This document shows, one piece after another, positions 25,635-37,872 of a DNA stretch of 47,783 nucleotides. A program made the position numbers and the translations under genes. Origin of the DNA: Octopus bimaculoides (taxonomy: Eukaryota); contig NC_068983.1 of the NCBI RefSeq assembly GCF_001194135.2, positions 2,895,734 to 2,943,516 on the forward strand. Direction: 5' to 3'. Every line of letters begins with the position of its first letter. Position 1 is the first letter of the stretch. The notes under the pieces are model-generated. The model did not search any database. It had not been told where the DNA came from and saw nothing but the letters and a program-made list of their open reading frames with translations.

Positions 25635-26512
25635 CGAGGTTCGGCTGGAAAGTTGATAGACTGACCAAGATACTCTCATGGAATGTAACCAAATGAGGTT
25701 TATCTTTCAACATTGTCCTCCTTTCAGTCGAAACATTTCTTCCATCGGTGTTGCAGTGTTTGGATCCCATTGGTAAAGAAGCTTCCATCCTGTTGATCAC
25801 AAAAATTCATCACCAATAGATATGACGTCATCATCACTGCGTGACTGGTTCTCAGCCAAATGTCTTTTCATCTTGGGAAGCAGATGATAGTCAGATGGGG
25901 CCAAATCAGAAGAATAGGGAAGATGATCAACCATTTCAAAGCCACAGACATGCACAGCAGCCATTGAAATGAGGGACTTGTGCGCTGAAGCATTGTCCTG
26001 ATGAAACCAGACATCTTTCGTCAATTTTCTCGGCTGTTTGGTCTTGATATCCTTTCGTGACCGCCTCACCACGTTGGCATAGTACTCTTCATTGGTGTGG
26101 GATGTCTTTTTAATGATAGTCAATAAACACAATGCTTTTTGCATCCCACCAAACTGAGGCCATCACATTCCCTGCAAATGAAACGACCTTGGCCTTCTTT
26201 GGAGCAGGTGGGGGAGGGGGTATTTCCACTGCATGGATTGTTTTTTTGTCTCTGGCTCAGCGTGATGAAGCCAATACTCATCCTGAGTTAGGAAACGTTC
26301 AAGGAAAGCAGTTGGATCTACCTCAAACAATGTCAGATTTTCCCGTGATGGGATCAGCCTCATACGCTTTTGATCAAATGTCAGAAGACCCACCGAGGAG
26401 CAGAAACGTTCGTCATTCCAACTTTATTGTGCAGAATATTCTCAATACTCTCAGAGGATACGCTAATGACTTGGCTCTTTCACTTATAGTCAATCGCCTG
26501 TCATCCAACACC
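25635..26512 (-). mobile_element. Decayed mariner (D,D34D) transposon, 3' portion; 5' end lost or interrupted
   Basis: Minus-strand frames give LDDRRLTI, LLTFDQKRMRLIPSRENL...FLTQDEYWLHH, FHQDNASAH...HLPYSSDLAPSDYHL (34 residues between the 2nd and 3rd Asp) and IQTLQHRWKKC. A TIR-like end CGAGGTTCGGCTGGAAAGTT starts at 25635. Confidence 0.9.
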
Positions 26513-26880
26513 GTGTGGTGGTTGGGTTGTCAGCGACTAAACCGGCCCCCACTACCAGGCTACCATGGCGAGGAGAGTTGCTAAAACCCCAGCAGGATTA
26601 AAGACAAGACCTGTTGAAAGGTCGGATGAACCTGGTGCAGGCTCAACGGTTATCTATCAATAGCACAGGAACGCAGAAATTCCGGGATAGTAGCCGGCGC
26701 GCCAGAAGACATCTGGGAGTGAGGTACCCCTTAGGTTCTATTGGAGAATGTCTCTAGGAGGTCACCCTGATATAAAACTAGATATGCAAGGAATGGCATT
26801 GGACATGGCCAAACGCAAATCTGAGGTAGAACGCTAGTAGTTCGTCTTGCCTTCACAGCGGCTGGAGTGAAAAGAAAGTT
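26513..26880. mobile_element. GC-richer insertion truncating the mariner; probable LINE (RTE-like) 5' UTR fragment
   Basis: There is an abrupt switch from transposase sequence to a non-coding, more GC-rich segment. The RTE assignment rests on recollection and on an RTE endonuclease fragment just past the next gap. Confidence 0.3.
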
Positions 26881-27499
26881 GACCACAGGTCACACGAGAG
26901 CAGAGAGGATGGTGGAGGGAGGAAGTGGAACAAGGAGGAAGGGACAGAAGCAGTGAAGTAGAGGCCAGGACAGAAGGGTAGATAGGGAGATAGAGGAAGA
27001 CAGATAGATAAATAGATAGAANNNNNNNNNNNNNNNNNNNNNNNNNNNNNNNNNNNNNNNNNNNNNNNNNNNNNNNNNNNNNNNNNNNNNNNNNNNNNNN
27101 NNNNNNNNNNNNNNNNNNNNNNNNNNNNNNNNNNNNNNNNNNNNNNNNNNNNNNNNNNNNNNNNNNNNNNNNNNNNNNNNNNNNNNNNNNNNNNNNNNNN
27201 NNNNNNNNNNNNNNNNNNNNNNNNNNNNNNNNNNNNNNNNNNNNNNNNNNNNNNNNNNNNNNNNNNNNNNNNNNNNNNNNNNNNNNNNNNNNNNNNNNNN
27301 NNNNNNNNNNNNNNNNNNNNNNNNNNNNNNNNNNNNNNNNNNNNNNNNNNNNNNNNNNNNNNNNNNNNNNNNNNNNNNNNNNNNNNNNNNNNNNNNNNNN
27401 NNNNNNNNNNGTTCTAACGTCCTGTACCCTGATATGCATGTATATACACATGTAGATGTAAGTATGTACATATATGTGTGTATACATGTATATATATTC

Positions 27500-27750
27500 T
27501 TTGTATTATTATTCTGGATTATATCATCATCCGCAAGCGTGACATCTATGACATTTGTAATGTCAAGTTCTTTTATGGATCGGAATGCTGGACAGACCTC
27601 AATCTGGTGCGAGCAAAGTTTTGGATGATGATTAGAGTGAAAGAGAGAAGAGGGTCAGTCAACAATCCTCAGCCTCTGAATGTCCACAAGATATACGATG
27701 CTTTATTGAGGAAACAGCTTCAGACTCGCCTGTCCAGCCGAGTCGGCTGA
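27500..27750 (+). mobile_element. RTE-clade LINE fragment (end of APE endonuclease domain)
   Basis: ILDYIIIRKRDIYDI...GSECWTDLNLVRAKF...LNVHKIYDALLRKQLQTRL matches the RTE LIDYIIVRRRD...GAECWTDHRLVR pattern. Confidence 0.75.
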
Positions 27751-29668
27751 AGCAGCTTGTAATGAAATTCCTTGCTGAAGTTCTTCACAAAATAAATAAG
27801 AATTCACACACACATACAGAATAAATGAAAGAGTTTCAAATCAAATACAACTCCTGATATACAACAGCAGAATAGTGTCTCAATAAAATATATCAATCAA
27901 GCAATTCATTAGAAAACAATATGTAATCAATACTCCATTAAAATACACTATAATATACGAATCTAGTTAAATTCAATATAAATATATCGATAAATACGTA
28001 TTCGAAATTATCGAAGTTGTTTATATTTTATAAATTGCTTCTCAAAGACGGTTTAATAGGAAAGGAGCTTGTATCCAAAGTAACAAGCTGTGCCTTTATA
28101 ATCTATAATAAATTGGTGTAAAAGAAAATACAAGAGCGTTCTTCAAGGAGCGACTGTATGTTGGGAGGGCCTTGTTTTATTTAATATAAATGAATGTCGA
28201 TGAGATAAGGAATGTTATAAATATTTATTTAACATTTATTTTGTAGAGGTCATGGCTTGTAGCGCTCACTTTTGCCAAAGAGTCGGCGAAGCAGTTTAAC
28301 AGATGCTTAAATAGATATTCACAAATCACATTAAAGTAAAAGAGAAAGACAGTTCTTTGCAGTTGATATTTAAAAGCTGTTCTTTGCGTTGAATTTATCT
28401 GAAATGTTTGATAAAAAACACTCCAGACTGCATCGTTGGGAGCACAACCAACTTTGATAAGCATCTCCCTAAAGAGCTCCTTGAACATGCGAAGATAACT
28501 CTCAGCTGGTTGGTACTCTTACCTGTCAGGTCATTACATGTTTCGGCTGACGAAGCAGTTATATAAGAGAATCATAGAACCATCGCTTACACGAACAAAT
28601 GTAACGTGATTCTTAAGAATAGCTAAAAACTACGTTTGCACAATACATAAATAATACCCGGCGGGATGATCGACGGAAGGGGATTCAAAACATGCACAAA
28701 GGCATAAAAGTCATATATGTATGTGTTGAAGTATGTGCATATATTTATATATACATATATANNNNNNNNNNNNNNNNNNNNNNNNNNNNNNNNNNNNNNN
28801 NNNNNNNNNNNNNNNNNNNNNNNNNNNNNNNNNNNNNNNNNNNNNNNNNNNNNNNNNNNNNNNNNNNNNNNNNNNNNNNNNNNNNNNNNNNNNNNNNNNN
28901 NNNNNNNNNNNNNNNNNNNNNNNNNNNNNNNNNNNNNNNNNNNNNNNNNNNNNNNNNNNNNNNNNNNNNNNNNNNNNNNNNNNNNNNNNNNNNNNNNNNN
29001 NNNNNNNNNNNNNNNNNNNNNNNNNNNNNNNNNNNNNNNNNNNNNNNNNNNNNNNNNNNNNNNNNNNNNNNNNNNNNNNNNNNNNNNNNNNNNNNNNNNN
29101 NNNNNNNNNNNNNNNNNNNNNNNNNNNNNNNNNNNNNNNNNNNNNNNNNNNNNNNNNNNNNNNNNNNNNNNNNNNNNNNNNNNNNNNNNNNNNNNNNNNN
29201 NNNNNNNNNNNNNNNNNNNNNNNNNNNNNNNNNNNNNNNNNNNNNNNNNNNNNNNNNNNNNNNNNNNNNNNNNNNNNNNNNNNNNNNNNNNNNNNNNNNN
29301 NNNNNNNNNNNNNNNNNNNNNNNNNNNNNNNNNNNNNNNNNNNNNNNNNNNNNNNNNNNNNNNNNNNNNNNNNNNNNNNNNNNNNNNNNNNNNNNNNNNN
29401 NNNNNNNNNNNNNNNNNNNNNNNNNNNNNNNNNNNNNNNNNNNNNNNNNNNNNNNNNNNNNNNNNNNNNNNNNNNNNNNNNNNNNNNNNNNNNNNNNNNN
29501 NNNNNNNNNNNNNNNNNNNNNNNNNNNNNNNNNNNNNNNNNNNNNNNNNNNNNNNNNNNNNNNNNNNNNNNNNNNNNNNNNNNNNNNNNNNNNNNNNNNN
29601 NNNNNNNNNNNNNNNNNNNNNNNNNNNNNNNNNNNNNNNNNNNNNNNNNNNNNNNNNNNNNNNNNNNN

Positions 29669-29708
<40 letters not shown>

Positions 29709-31537
29709 TTAAAGAGGACAACAAACGTTAAGGCAAGACGAACATTTCAAGTCACATACGTTATTAATATTGGAAAAATTCAAAGTCTCCACTATAAACT
29801 TGAAGCCTTGGTAATCCGTTATAGCACTTACCTAGCGTACCTAGTTGTTTAGATCACCTGTGAGCTAAACCCCCATGCTTTATACACACAAACACACACA
29901 CATGCACACACATATATACACACACACTCCATTCTGTCAACGCCCCAAATGTAAAAGTTTTCCTTGAAGAACGAGGCTTGTAGTATCCGATGATGGAATC
30001 AAGTTACATGAATTATTTTGGACCACCAAGCCCCAGAAACAGCTGTTGGACTCCTAAAACTCCTAAACAACCCTCTTAATTCCTGATATCATTGCCATTT
30101 TGTATATTGACTTACCTAACTTGCTTTCCTTACATGTACTCCTCTACCTGTTCAAATTCAAATCTCTTGAGCACCACGAAGTGTATTCTATACAAAGAAT
30201 ACCTGTATCTGATCTATAAAGTATATATTTATATCTATATGTCTACATATGTATATATAAATATAAATATATATGTATGTATGTATGTATGCATGTATGT
30301 TTGTATATATGTATGTATATGAATGTATATATTCTAGATTCCTTTATTGATTATTCTATAGAGGGGGGAGTTTCTAACAACGAAACAAGCCCCCTCCCCC
30401 AATTGCCGTAATTTAGATAACTACAACACCGAGAAATTTCACATTTCAACTTTAGAAAATATTTGAAATTTGAAATTTTGAAACGGCGCCTGAAATTTTC
30501 TACAATTATTGAGTTTCTACCATGGCTAAAAGACATTTCCGTGCTAGACCAACAGTTTGTTCGGACAATTTAAATTACCAAAGTTCTTTTAAGTAGACAC
30601 ACGGATGATTTTTCAGTTGAGAGTCAACATTGTGTTCCCTTTTCCATAATGCAGCTTCAATGAAAGTTTTGTTGTTGATATTGATACAATGTCTTTGTAA
30701 TTTCATTTAACTGTGATTCCATATCACTAGAATTCATATAATTCTAAACCGAGACCAAAGAAATTTACAAACTCATTGATAACGTGTTTGGCTAATTGAT
30801 CGATAAGTTGCAGGTGATGCTAGTTTTCAGGTCAGCATGCCACTATTTTTAAGTTTCGGCAATTTGAAATTTTCAGAACTACAAATCCGCCTTGAAATCA
30901 ACAATTTTTTCCTCTTTCTTCGTTTGGTATATAAACAGCAGTTTAGAATCCAAAATTTGTGGTTAACACCTATTCGTTGAAAAAGTCTTTCTTCGATAAC
31001 GAAGTTTTTTATCAACGTGTTTTAAGAGTGTAGAACCTCGACACAGATTAGTAAATTATATTTTCATTAGATATACTTGCTTCGGTTGCGCTGGGAACAC
31101 ATAAAATATTTACTTTACACCTTATGATGGGAGCTAAATGTCCCGTCGGTATTTCTTTTAATTTCGGTATTCCCATGGGTTGTTTCCGTTGAATTATTTC
31201 GTCACCACATGCAGCGAAATTATCTCCTGCGTTCTCTCAGATTCGCTGCAGCTGTATATAGGTAAGATATCATTTGTACAATACATGTTACCACATGTCT
31301 TCATATGATCTCTTTCAACACCCCCAAATTCCTTATAATATGTACGCGGCTTTTTTTTTTTTGTTTATTCATTTTTTTTTATCCTCCAACCTTAGCTTCT
31401 TCAAAAGCGTTGAACTTCTTAACAAACAACCCTCGTAGAATAAATACTAAGTTTCAAAAACAAGTCCTAGGGTCGATTTGTTCGACAAAAAAACCCCTTC
31501 AAATAATTTTTAAAAAAAACAGAATAAACGAATATAC

Positions 31538-31736
31538 ATACTCGTTTCAGTCATTTGATTGCGACCATACTGGAGCATCGACTTGAAGGATTTTAGTCGA
31601 ACAAATCGAGTCTAGGACCTGTTTTCTGTAAGCGTAATACTTATTCTATCGGTCTCTTTAGCTGAACAGGAACGTAAACATACCAACACCGGTTGTCAAT
31701 CGATGATGTGGGGACACACACAGACACAAAGACACA

Positions 31737-31740
<4 letters not shown>
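31538..31740 (-). mobile_element. SINE family B 3' half, tail-to-tail with a plus-strand fragment at about 31430-31500
   Basis: TCGTTTCAGTCATTTGATTGCGACCAT...ACTTATTCTATCGGTCTC. Upstream AAGTCCTAGGGTCGATTTGTTCGAC is the same segment in the opposite orientation. Confidence 0.75.
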
Positions 31741-31830
<90 letters not shown>

Positions 31831-32513
31831 ATTCAACAACTAGGAGGAAAAAACAAAACAGAAAACAACAACGAGAGGACGTGGTACATGCAAATTATTG
31901 ACAAGACGCTCAGGAAAGGAGACAGAGGAAAGTCCAAGAGAAAAGAAAGACGGAGGAAAAAATCGCAAACAATCCACATGCAGTTACATTTTTGAATGAC
32001 CGGAAGGGAATGGACGAAGACAAAAATGCTTTCTAAGACAGGAGAGTGTAAGAGAAGGAGGTATATGCATGTTTGTGTGGNNNNNNNNNNNNNNNNNNNN
32101 NNNNNNNNNNNNNNNNNNNNNNNNNNNNNNNNNNNNNNNNNNNNNNNNNNNNNNNNNNNNNNNNNNNNNNNNNNNNNNNNNNNNNNNNNNNNNNNNNNNN
32201 NNNNNNNNNNNNNNNNNNNNNNNNNNNNNNNNNNNNNNNNNNNNNNNNNNNNNNNNNNNNNNNNNNNNNNNNNNNNNNNNNNNNNNNNNNNNNNNNNNNN
32301 NNNNNNNNNNNNNNNNNNNNNNNNNNTTATATTCCTGCAGAACCAATGTGGGGTATAGAATATGGAATATACAATATATAATATAATATACAATATATAA
32401 TATAAAATAAAATAAAATAAAAATGGATGGCACCATGAAAGAAAGTATTGAATGTAGATGAAATATTGAGTGTTCAATATAAAGGATCAAATATATAAAT
32501 ATAAATATATAAA

Positions 32514-32553
32514 GGCGACTCGAGTTTCAGGGCTATTTCCCTTCGTCATGGCC
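32514..32553 (-). ncRNA. Minimal type I hammerhead ribozyme motif (one-base insertion in core)
   Basis: Minus strand reads GGC-C(A)TGACGA-AGGG-AAATAG-CCCT-GAAAC-TCGA-GTC-GCC. Stem I is GGC/GCC, stem II is AGGG/CCCT, and stem III is 2 bp with palindromic loop TCGA. The cleavage triplet is GUC. Confidence 0.65.
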
Positions 32554-33247
32554 GGTATGACAGACTTTAACATATACATCCACCAAAATCTAATTAAATT
32601 CTAATTTATTTTTTGCGTATTTTCAGTTGCATTTCTGCTATACTATCGTTTGTTTAGAGTGATAACGATATATATATACACACACACATATATATACATA
32701 CATATACACACACAAACATATATATATACATATATATATATACAGACATATAGATATACTTTCATATATGCATATGTATACATATGCATTTATACATGTG
32801 TGAGTATATTTAAAGACAAATCCGCACTCACGCATCTTCATGCTCTTGTGTAATGAGGTAAAGGATGAAAGAAAGAAAGGGATCCATGAACATACGTGAA
32901 TGTACGTTTGTGTATGTGTGTATTTTTCTATGCGTGTATGTGTCTACGTGTGTATATGTGTGCGTGTGATTGGGTCTAGTGCGACGAGACTTCCTAGAAG
33001 TTTCCCTCATGTGAAGAATATAACATCTGCAGACAATTCCATCATATGTGTCCAAATTTAGAAACTTTTCACAATAGTAACCAGATGCCAACAGATTTCT
33101 TCGGTGGACACTTTAGTAATAGATCATTTCAAGGAATTCTTTACAATTCTCCTATTTTTACAGTTTCTTTATCATTCTTGTATTTTTTGCCGTTCTTTTT
33201 TAATTCTTTGATTTTTATAATTCTTCTATTTTATATATCTTTTATCG

Positions 33248-33440
33248 TTTACAGGTTTCAATCATTGAACTTCGGCCACGCTAGTTTACCGCCTTAGAAG
33301 CTTTGCTCGAACTCCAGTATTTATTTTTATAAAGACTTTTTAAAAGACTGGTAATTATTCCTTGGGTATCTTTTGTGAAACTGTTAAGTTACGGAGATGT
33401 AAACAAGATGCAAACAAACGACGATGTAAGCAAACAAACT
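33248..33440 (-). mobile_element. Diverged SINE family B 3' half
   Basis: GTTTCAATCATTGAACTTCGGCCACGC...AAGTTACGGAGATGTAAACA. Confidence 0.5.
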
Positions 33441-33659
33441 GTCTTCCAGCCATAAGGACACCTCCACAGCCTTTTGAAGAAATATTTATATTGAGTTCAT
33501 TTGAACGATACCAGGTTCTGTCTGGTACCTTGCATTATCATACCTTCGCCCCTTCTACACTTCAGTCACCCCCACCCCTATTCGTTCTGTAACACCACCA
33601 CCTTTATGTGGTGGTGAAGAAAGAAAAACAAATATCAATGTCACTAATCTAGATTAAAT

Positions 33660-33871
33660 AATTCTTTTCTACTCTAGGCACAAGGTCCGAAATTTTTGGT
33701 GAGAGGGGCCAGTCAATTAGATCGATCCCAGTACGCAACTGGTATTTAATATATCGATACCGAAAGGATAAAAGGCAAAGTCGACCTCAGCAGAATTTGA
33801 ACTCAGAACGTAAAGACAGACGAAATACTGCTAAGCATTTCGTCCGGCCAGCTAACGATTCTGCTATCTCA
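33660..33871 (-). mobile_element. SINE family A
   Basis: Reverse complement of the family consensus (GGCAAAGTCGACCTC.GC.GAATTTGAACTCAGAACGTAAAGAC). Confidence 0.85.
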
Positions 33872-33904
33872 CGGCCTTTGTCTTGCTTTAATAATAGCGG
33901 TTTC

Positions 33905-34133
33905 GAAGGCGGTGAGGAGCTGGCAGAAACGGTAGCACGTCGGGCGAAATGCTTAGCGAGTATTTCGTCTGTCTTTACGTTCTGAGTTCAAATTCCACCG
34001 AGGTCGACTTTGCCTTTCATCCTTTCGGAGTCGATAAATTAAGTACCAGTTGCGTACTGGAGTCGATCTAAGCGACTGCCCCACCTCCTCCTCACAAACT
34101 TCACGCCTTGGGCCTAAAGTAGGAAAGAATAAT
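33905..34133 (+). mobile_element. SINE family A
   Basis: Near full-length plus-strand copy with head, central domain and A-rich tail. Confidence 0.85.
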
Positions 34134-34134
34134 A

Positions 34135-34348
34135 GTGGTTTTGAATTTTGGTGCAGGGTTAGAAATTTCGGACGAAGCGGTTATTTGATGACATCGAACC
34201 AAGTGCTCAACTGGTACTTAATTTATCGACCCCGAAAGGATGAAAGGCAAAGTCAACCACAGCGGAAATTGAACTCAGAATCTAAATCCGGACGAAAAGC
34301 TGCTAAGCATTTTGCCCGACGAGTTAACGATTCTGCCAGCTCGACGCC
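34135..34348 (-). mobile_element. SINE family A
   Basis: ACTGGTACTTAATTTATCGACCCCGAAAGGATGAAAGGCAAAGTC...CGATTCTGCCAGCTC. Confidence 0.8.
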
Positions 34349-34368
34349 ATTGTCACCTTCATAATGAC

Positions 34369-34408
<40 letters not shown>

Positions 34409-34409
34409 G

Positions 34410-34715
34410 AACTTTCAGAATACAAGTAAATAGAAGTAACTCGAACGTGGAGTCTAAAAACAGAAACAATTCCTATCAGAATAGGCGCATTAGGTATTAT
34501 ATAAAAATATTCAGACAAATACATAACAAAAACACCAGGACTTACAAATATATATAACATACAGAAAATTGCACTACTGGGCACTGCATACATCCTACAT
34601 AAAACACTTTCAATATAGTGAAAGTAAGAGCACCACAACAAACCATAGCACATACCCAAGGCACACAGAGCTGCGCTCGGTAGTGAAGTGAAAGCGTTAT
34701 AAAAATAAAACTACT
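34410..34715 (+). mobile_element. 5'-truncated RLE-type non-LTR retrotransposon 3' end (R4/Dong-like), copy 1
   Basis: Frameshifted LSKYK..EVTRTWSLKTETIPI..GALG...KTPGLTNIYNIQKIALLGTA.IL.KTLSI* plus a 3' UTR. It is preceded by (TAA)n and followed by (GAA)22. Confidence 0.8.
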
Positions 34716-34781
34716 GAAGAAGAAGAAGAAGAAGAAGAAGAAGAAGAAGAAGAAGAAGAAGAAGAAGAAGAAGAAGAAGAA
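34716..34781 (+). repeat. (GAA)22 microsatellite
   Basis: Perfect run between two RLE-element 3' ends. Confidence 0.95.
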
Positions 34782-34786
34782 TAATA

Positions 34787-35366
34787 TAGGTCAGCGTTGG
34801 GACCTATATACACTGGAAGCTATGTCAACTATGGAATAACAACAGAATATGGTGGTATAGGCATACGCCAGAAGAGATCAGAGAAAATGAGAAAGAAACA
34901 ATACTATGGGATATGCCAATATACATAGATAGAGAAATTAAGGCCAATAAGCCGGATATATAGTTGTCAGAGATCATGAAGAAAAAAAAACGCTCTCTAA
35001 TCGATCTATCAATACCAACAGATGACAATATTTCTCTAAAAGAAACGGAGAAACTTTCAAAATACAAAGATCTGGAAATAGAGTAACTCGAACGTGGAGT
35101 CTAAAAACAGAAACAATTCCTATCATAGTAGGTGCAATAGGTATCATAAAAAACATTCAGACAAATACATAACAAAAACACCAGGACTAACAAGTACATA
35201 TAACATACAGAAAATAGCACTACTGGGTACTGCACACATCCTACGCAAAACACTTTCAATTCAGTGAAAATAAGAGCACCTAAAACCACCACAGCACGTA
35301 CGGAAGGCACACAGAGCTGCGCTCGGTAGCGCAGTGAAAGCACGTGATAAAGATAAAACTCCTGAA
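34787..35366 (+). mobile_element. 5'-truncated RLE-type non-LTR retrotransposon 3' end (R4/Dong-like), copy 2
   Basis: Frameshifted VGTYIHWKLC...WYRHTPE..ENEKETILWDMPI..DREIKANKPDI.V...LIDLSIP.DDN.SLKE.EKLSKYKDLEI carries the PD..D restriction-like endonuclease motif. It shares its 3' UTR with copy 1 and ends in GAA(TAA)n. Confidence 0.85.
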
Positions 35367-35403
35367 TAATAATAATAATAATAATTATTATTATTATTGC
35401 TCA

Positions 35404-35597
35404 CATTTTGGCAAAAGTTAGCAATTTTAGGAAGAAGTTTTAAGTGGGTTGTATCGGCACCAGTGTTCAACCAGTATTATAAACTCCAAAACGATGAAAG
35501 GTAAAGTTGACCTCGTCGTGAATTGAACTCAGAAAGCAGAGCCGAAAGGAATAGCACCATGCATTTTAACCGACGCACTCACGATTCTGCCAGGCGT
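35404..35597 (-). mobile_element. SINE family A, diverged
   Basis: GATGAAAGGTAAAGTTGACCTCG..G.AATTGAACTCAGAA...CACGATTCTGCCAG. Confidence 0.7.
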
Positions 35598-36026
35598 AGA
35601 AGCCAATGATGGTAAAGGCTAATAGTTTATTTATGACTCATCTTCGTAATTTTACAAAATATTGAATCCCAGCTGAGATGCCGTAATTTTTTTTTTTTTT
35701 ACCATTCTCTTGATGCCAATAAAATAAAAGACATATGGAAAGAGGCGAGGATAGAATAATCTTCAAATCTCAGACATTTGGAAAGATTTCTCCATATCTA
35801 TCTGGAATGGTTAAAAAACAAAATACAAATATAATTCTTGGAATATTTGAGTCGAAAATAGTGAAGAAGTGTTGATTTTGGAAATATTCTCAATGTGTTG
35901 GCACAAACTTTCTGAATTCCTTTTGAAGACAAATTTTATACAACTGGACGGTGTTAATCTACAATATACGCACAGAGCGATTAAAGAGGGGCGTTTATAG
36001 ACACAGAGCAATGCACTCTCACGCAT

Positions 36027-36074
<48 letters not shown>

Positions 36075-37872
36075 GCTTATGCAATCTACTCCCTCTCTCC
36101 CACCCCTATCTCTCCCTCCCCCCTCTCTCTCTGTAGGAACCACAAATCCATTCACAGGCCGCTGTTGCTGTTGGCGCTGCTGTTGCTGTTCTTGTTGCTG
36201 CTGATGTTGTTGTTACTGCTGCTGCTGCTGCTGCTGCTGCTATTATTGCAGATNNNNNNNNNNNNNNNNNNNNNNNNNNNNNNNNNNNNNNNNNNNNNNN
36301 NNNNNNNNNNNNNNNNNNNNNNNNNNNNNNNNNNNNNNNNNNNNNNNNNNNNNNNNNNNNNNNNNNNNNNNNNNNNNNNNNNNNNNNNNNNNNNNNNNNN
36401 NNNNNNNNNNNNNNNNNNNNNNNNNNNNNNNNNNNNNNNNNNNNNNNNNNNNNNNNNNNNNNNNNNNNNNNNNNNNNNNNNNNNNNNNNNNNNNNNNNNN
36501 NNNNNNNNNNNNNNNNNNNNNNNNNNNNNNNNNNNNNNNNNNNNNNNNNNNNNNNNNNNNNNNNNNNNNNNNNNNNNNNNNNNNNNNNNNNNNNNNNNNN
36601 NNNNNNNNNNNNNNNNNNNNNNNNNNNNNNNNNNNNNNNNNNNNNNNNNNNNNNNNNNNNNNNNNNNNNNNNNNNNNNNNNNNNNNNNNNNNNNNNNNNN
36701 NNNNNNNNNNNNNNNNNNNNNNNNNNNNNNNNNNNNNNNNNNNNNNNNNNNNNNNNNNNNNNNNNNNNNNNNNNNNNNNNNNNNNNNNNNNNNNNNNNNN
36801 NNNNNNNNNNNNNNNNNNNNNNNNNNNAAGAAGAAGAAGAAGAAGAAGAAGAAGAAGAAGAAGAAGAAGAAGAAGAACTATGCCAGTTTGGTGATTTATA
36901 TTTTCGCTGTTCCCACCGTATCTCGCTCGAAATGCTTGTCTCCTCATTTATCCTTTAAAAAAAGTACTTTAAATATTGATGGCATATTCGAAATTAAGCT
37001 AAATATACCTAAGCATCTAAGACTGAAGAAAGTGTGTCTTCATTTAAGTTATTAGAAACATCTGGAGAGAATTTCAGCGTCTACTGACATTTAAAACTTG
37101 ATATATATACACACAAACACCCGTACAAGACAACTTTTAATTAATTCGTTGCAGGGTGCTCTTTCACATATAAAACTTCCGATTCATTCATGGTTTAACC
37201 GTTCAACGGCCGTTCGTTAGGAATATTGCTGACGAGTTGACTTTCATCTTTAAATTAGACTTTACTAATGAGCGTTCAATTATTTTTCTATTTTCGTTTA
37301 GCTCCAGCTTGGTCTTGGTTTAGCAAACCTTTATCCAAACATATTCTAGCTGTGGTTAGCAAGTATTATTTCAAATATAGTGTTTATCTATCAACGTCCT
37401 TCTTTCCCTAACACCGTAGAATGTGATTTAAAAGAGCTCTATTACTTATATCTAGCAGGCCGATTGACCAAGGCCAGTTACTTAAAGGAGGGTTCGAACT
37501 CCAAATTCCGTTTCAAAACCGTGAGTTGAATATTGACCTCAGTTGGCTCTAGAAAAGATACCCGTCTATTGGGGCAATTTCAACATGGCAGGTTTTTGCA
37601 ACAGAGAAAAACGATGTCACAAAAGAATACGATCGAAAGTGAACTCTGTCTCACCTACGGCACTGTGTCTTCTACTTTTTCTTGCAGTTGGGATGACTAA
37701 GATTGATACTTATGACAAATATGAGGAAGCCATAGATTTCATGAAATCGCCATTGTAGGGTTTATTACTTCCGTTTTATTGGTCGATAGAGAATTGTAAC
37801 TAAGATTATTGATGCAATTATGCGCAGGTATGCATGTGTGGCTAAAGAATTTGAGCAGTAATATGTTCAAAT

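Noticed and set aside
28535-28560. CATGTTTCGGCTGACGAAGC contains CTGACGA (+) and CGAAAC (-)
   Set aside because: The two core halves are on opposite strands, so no hammerhead fold is possible.
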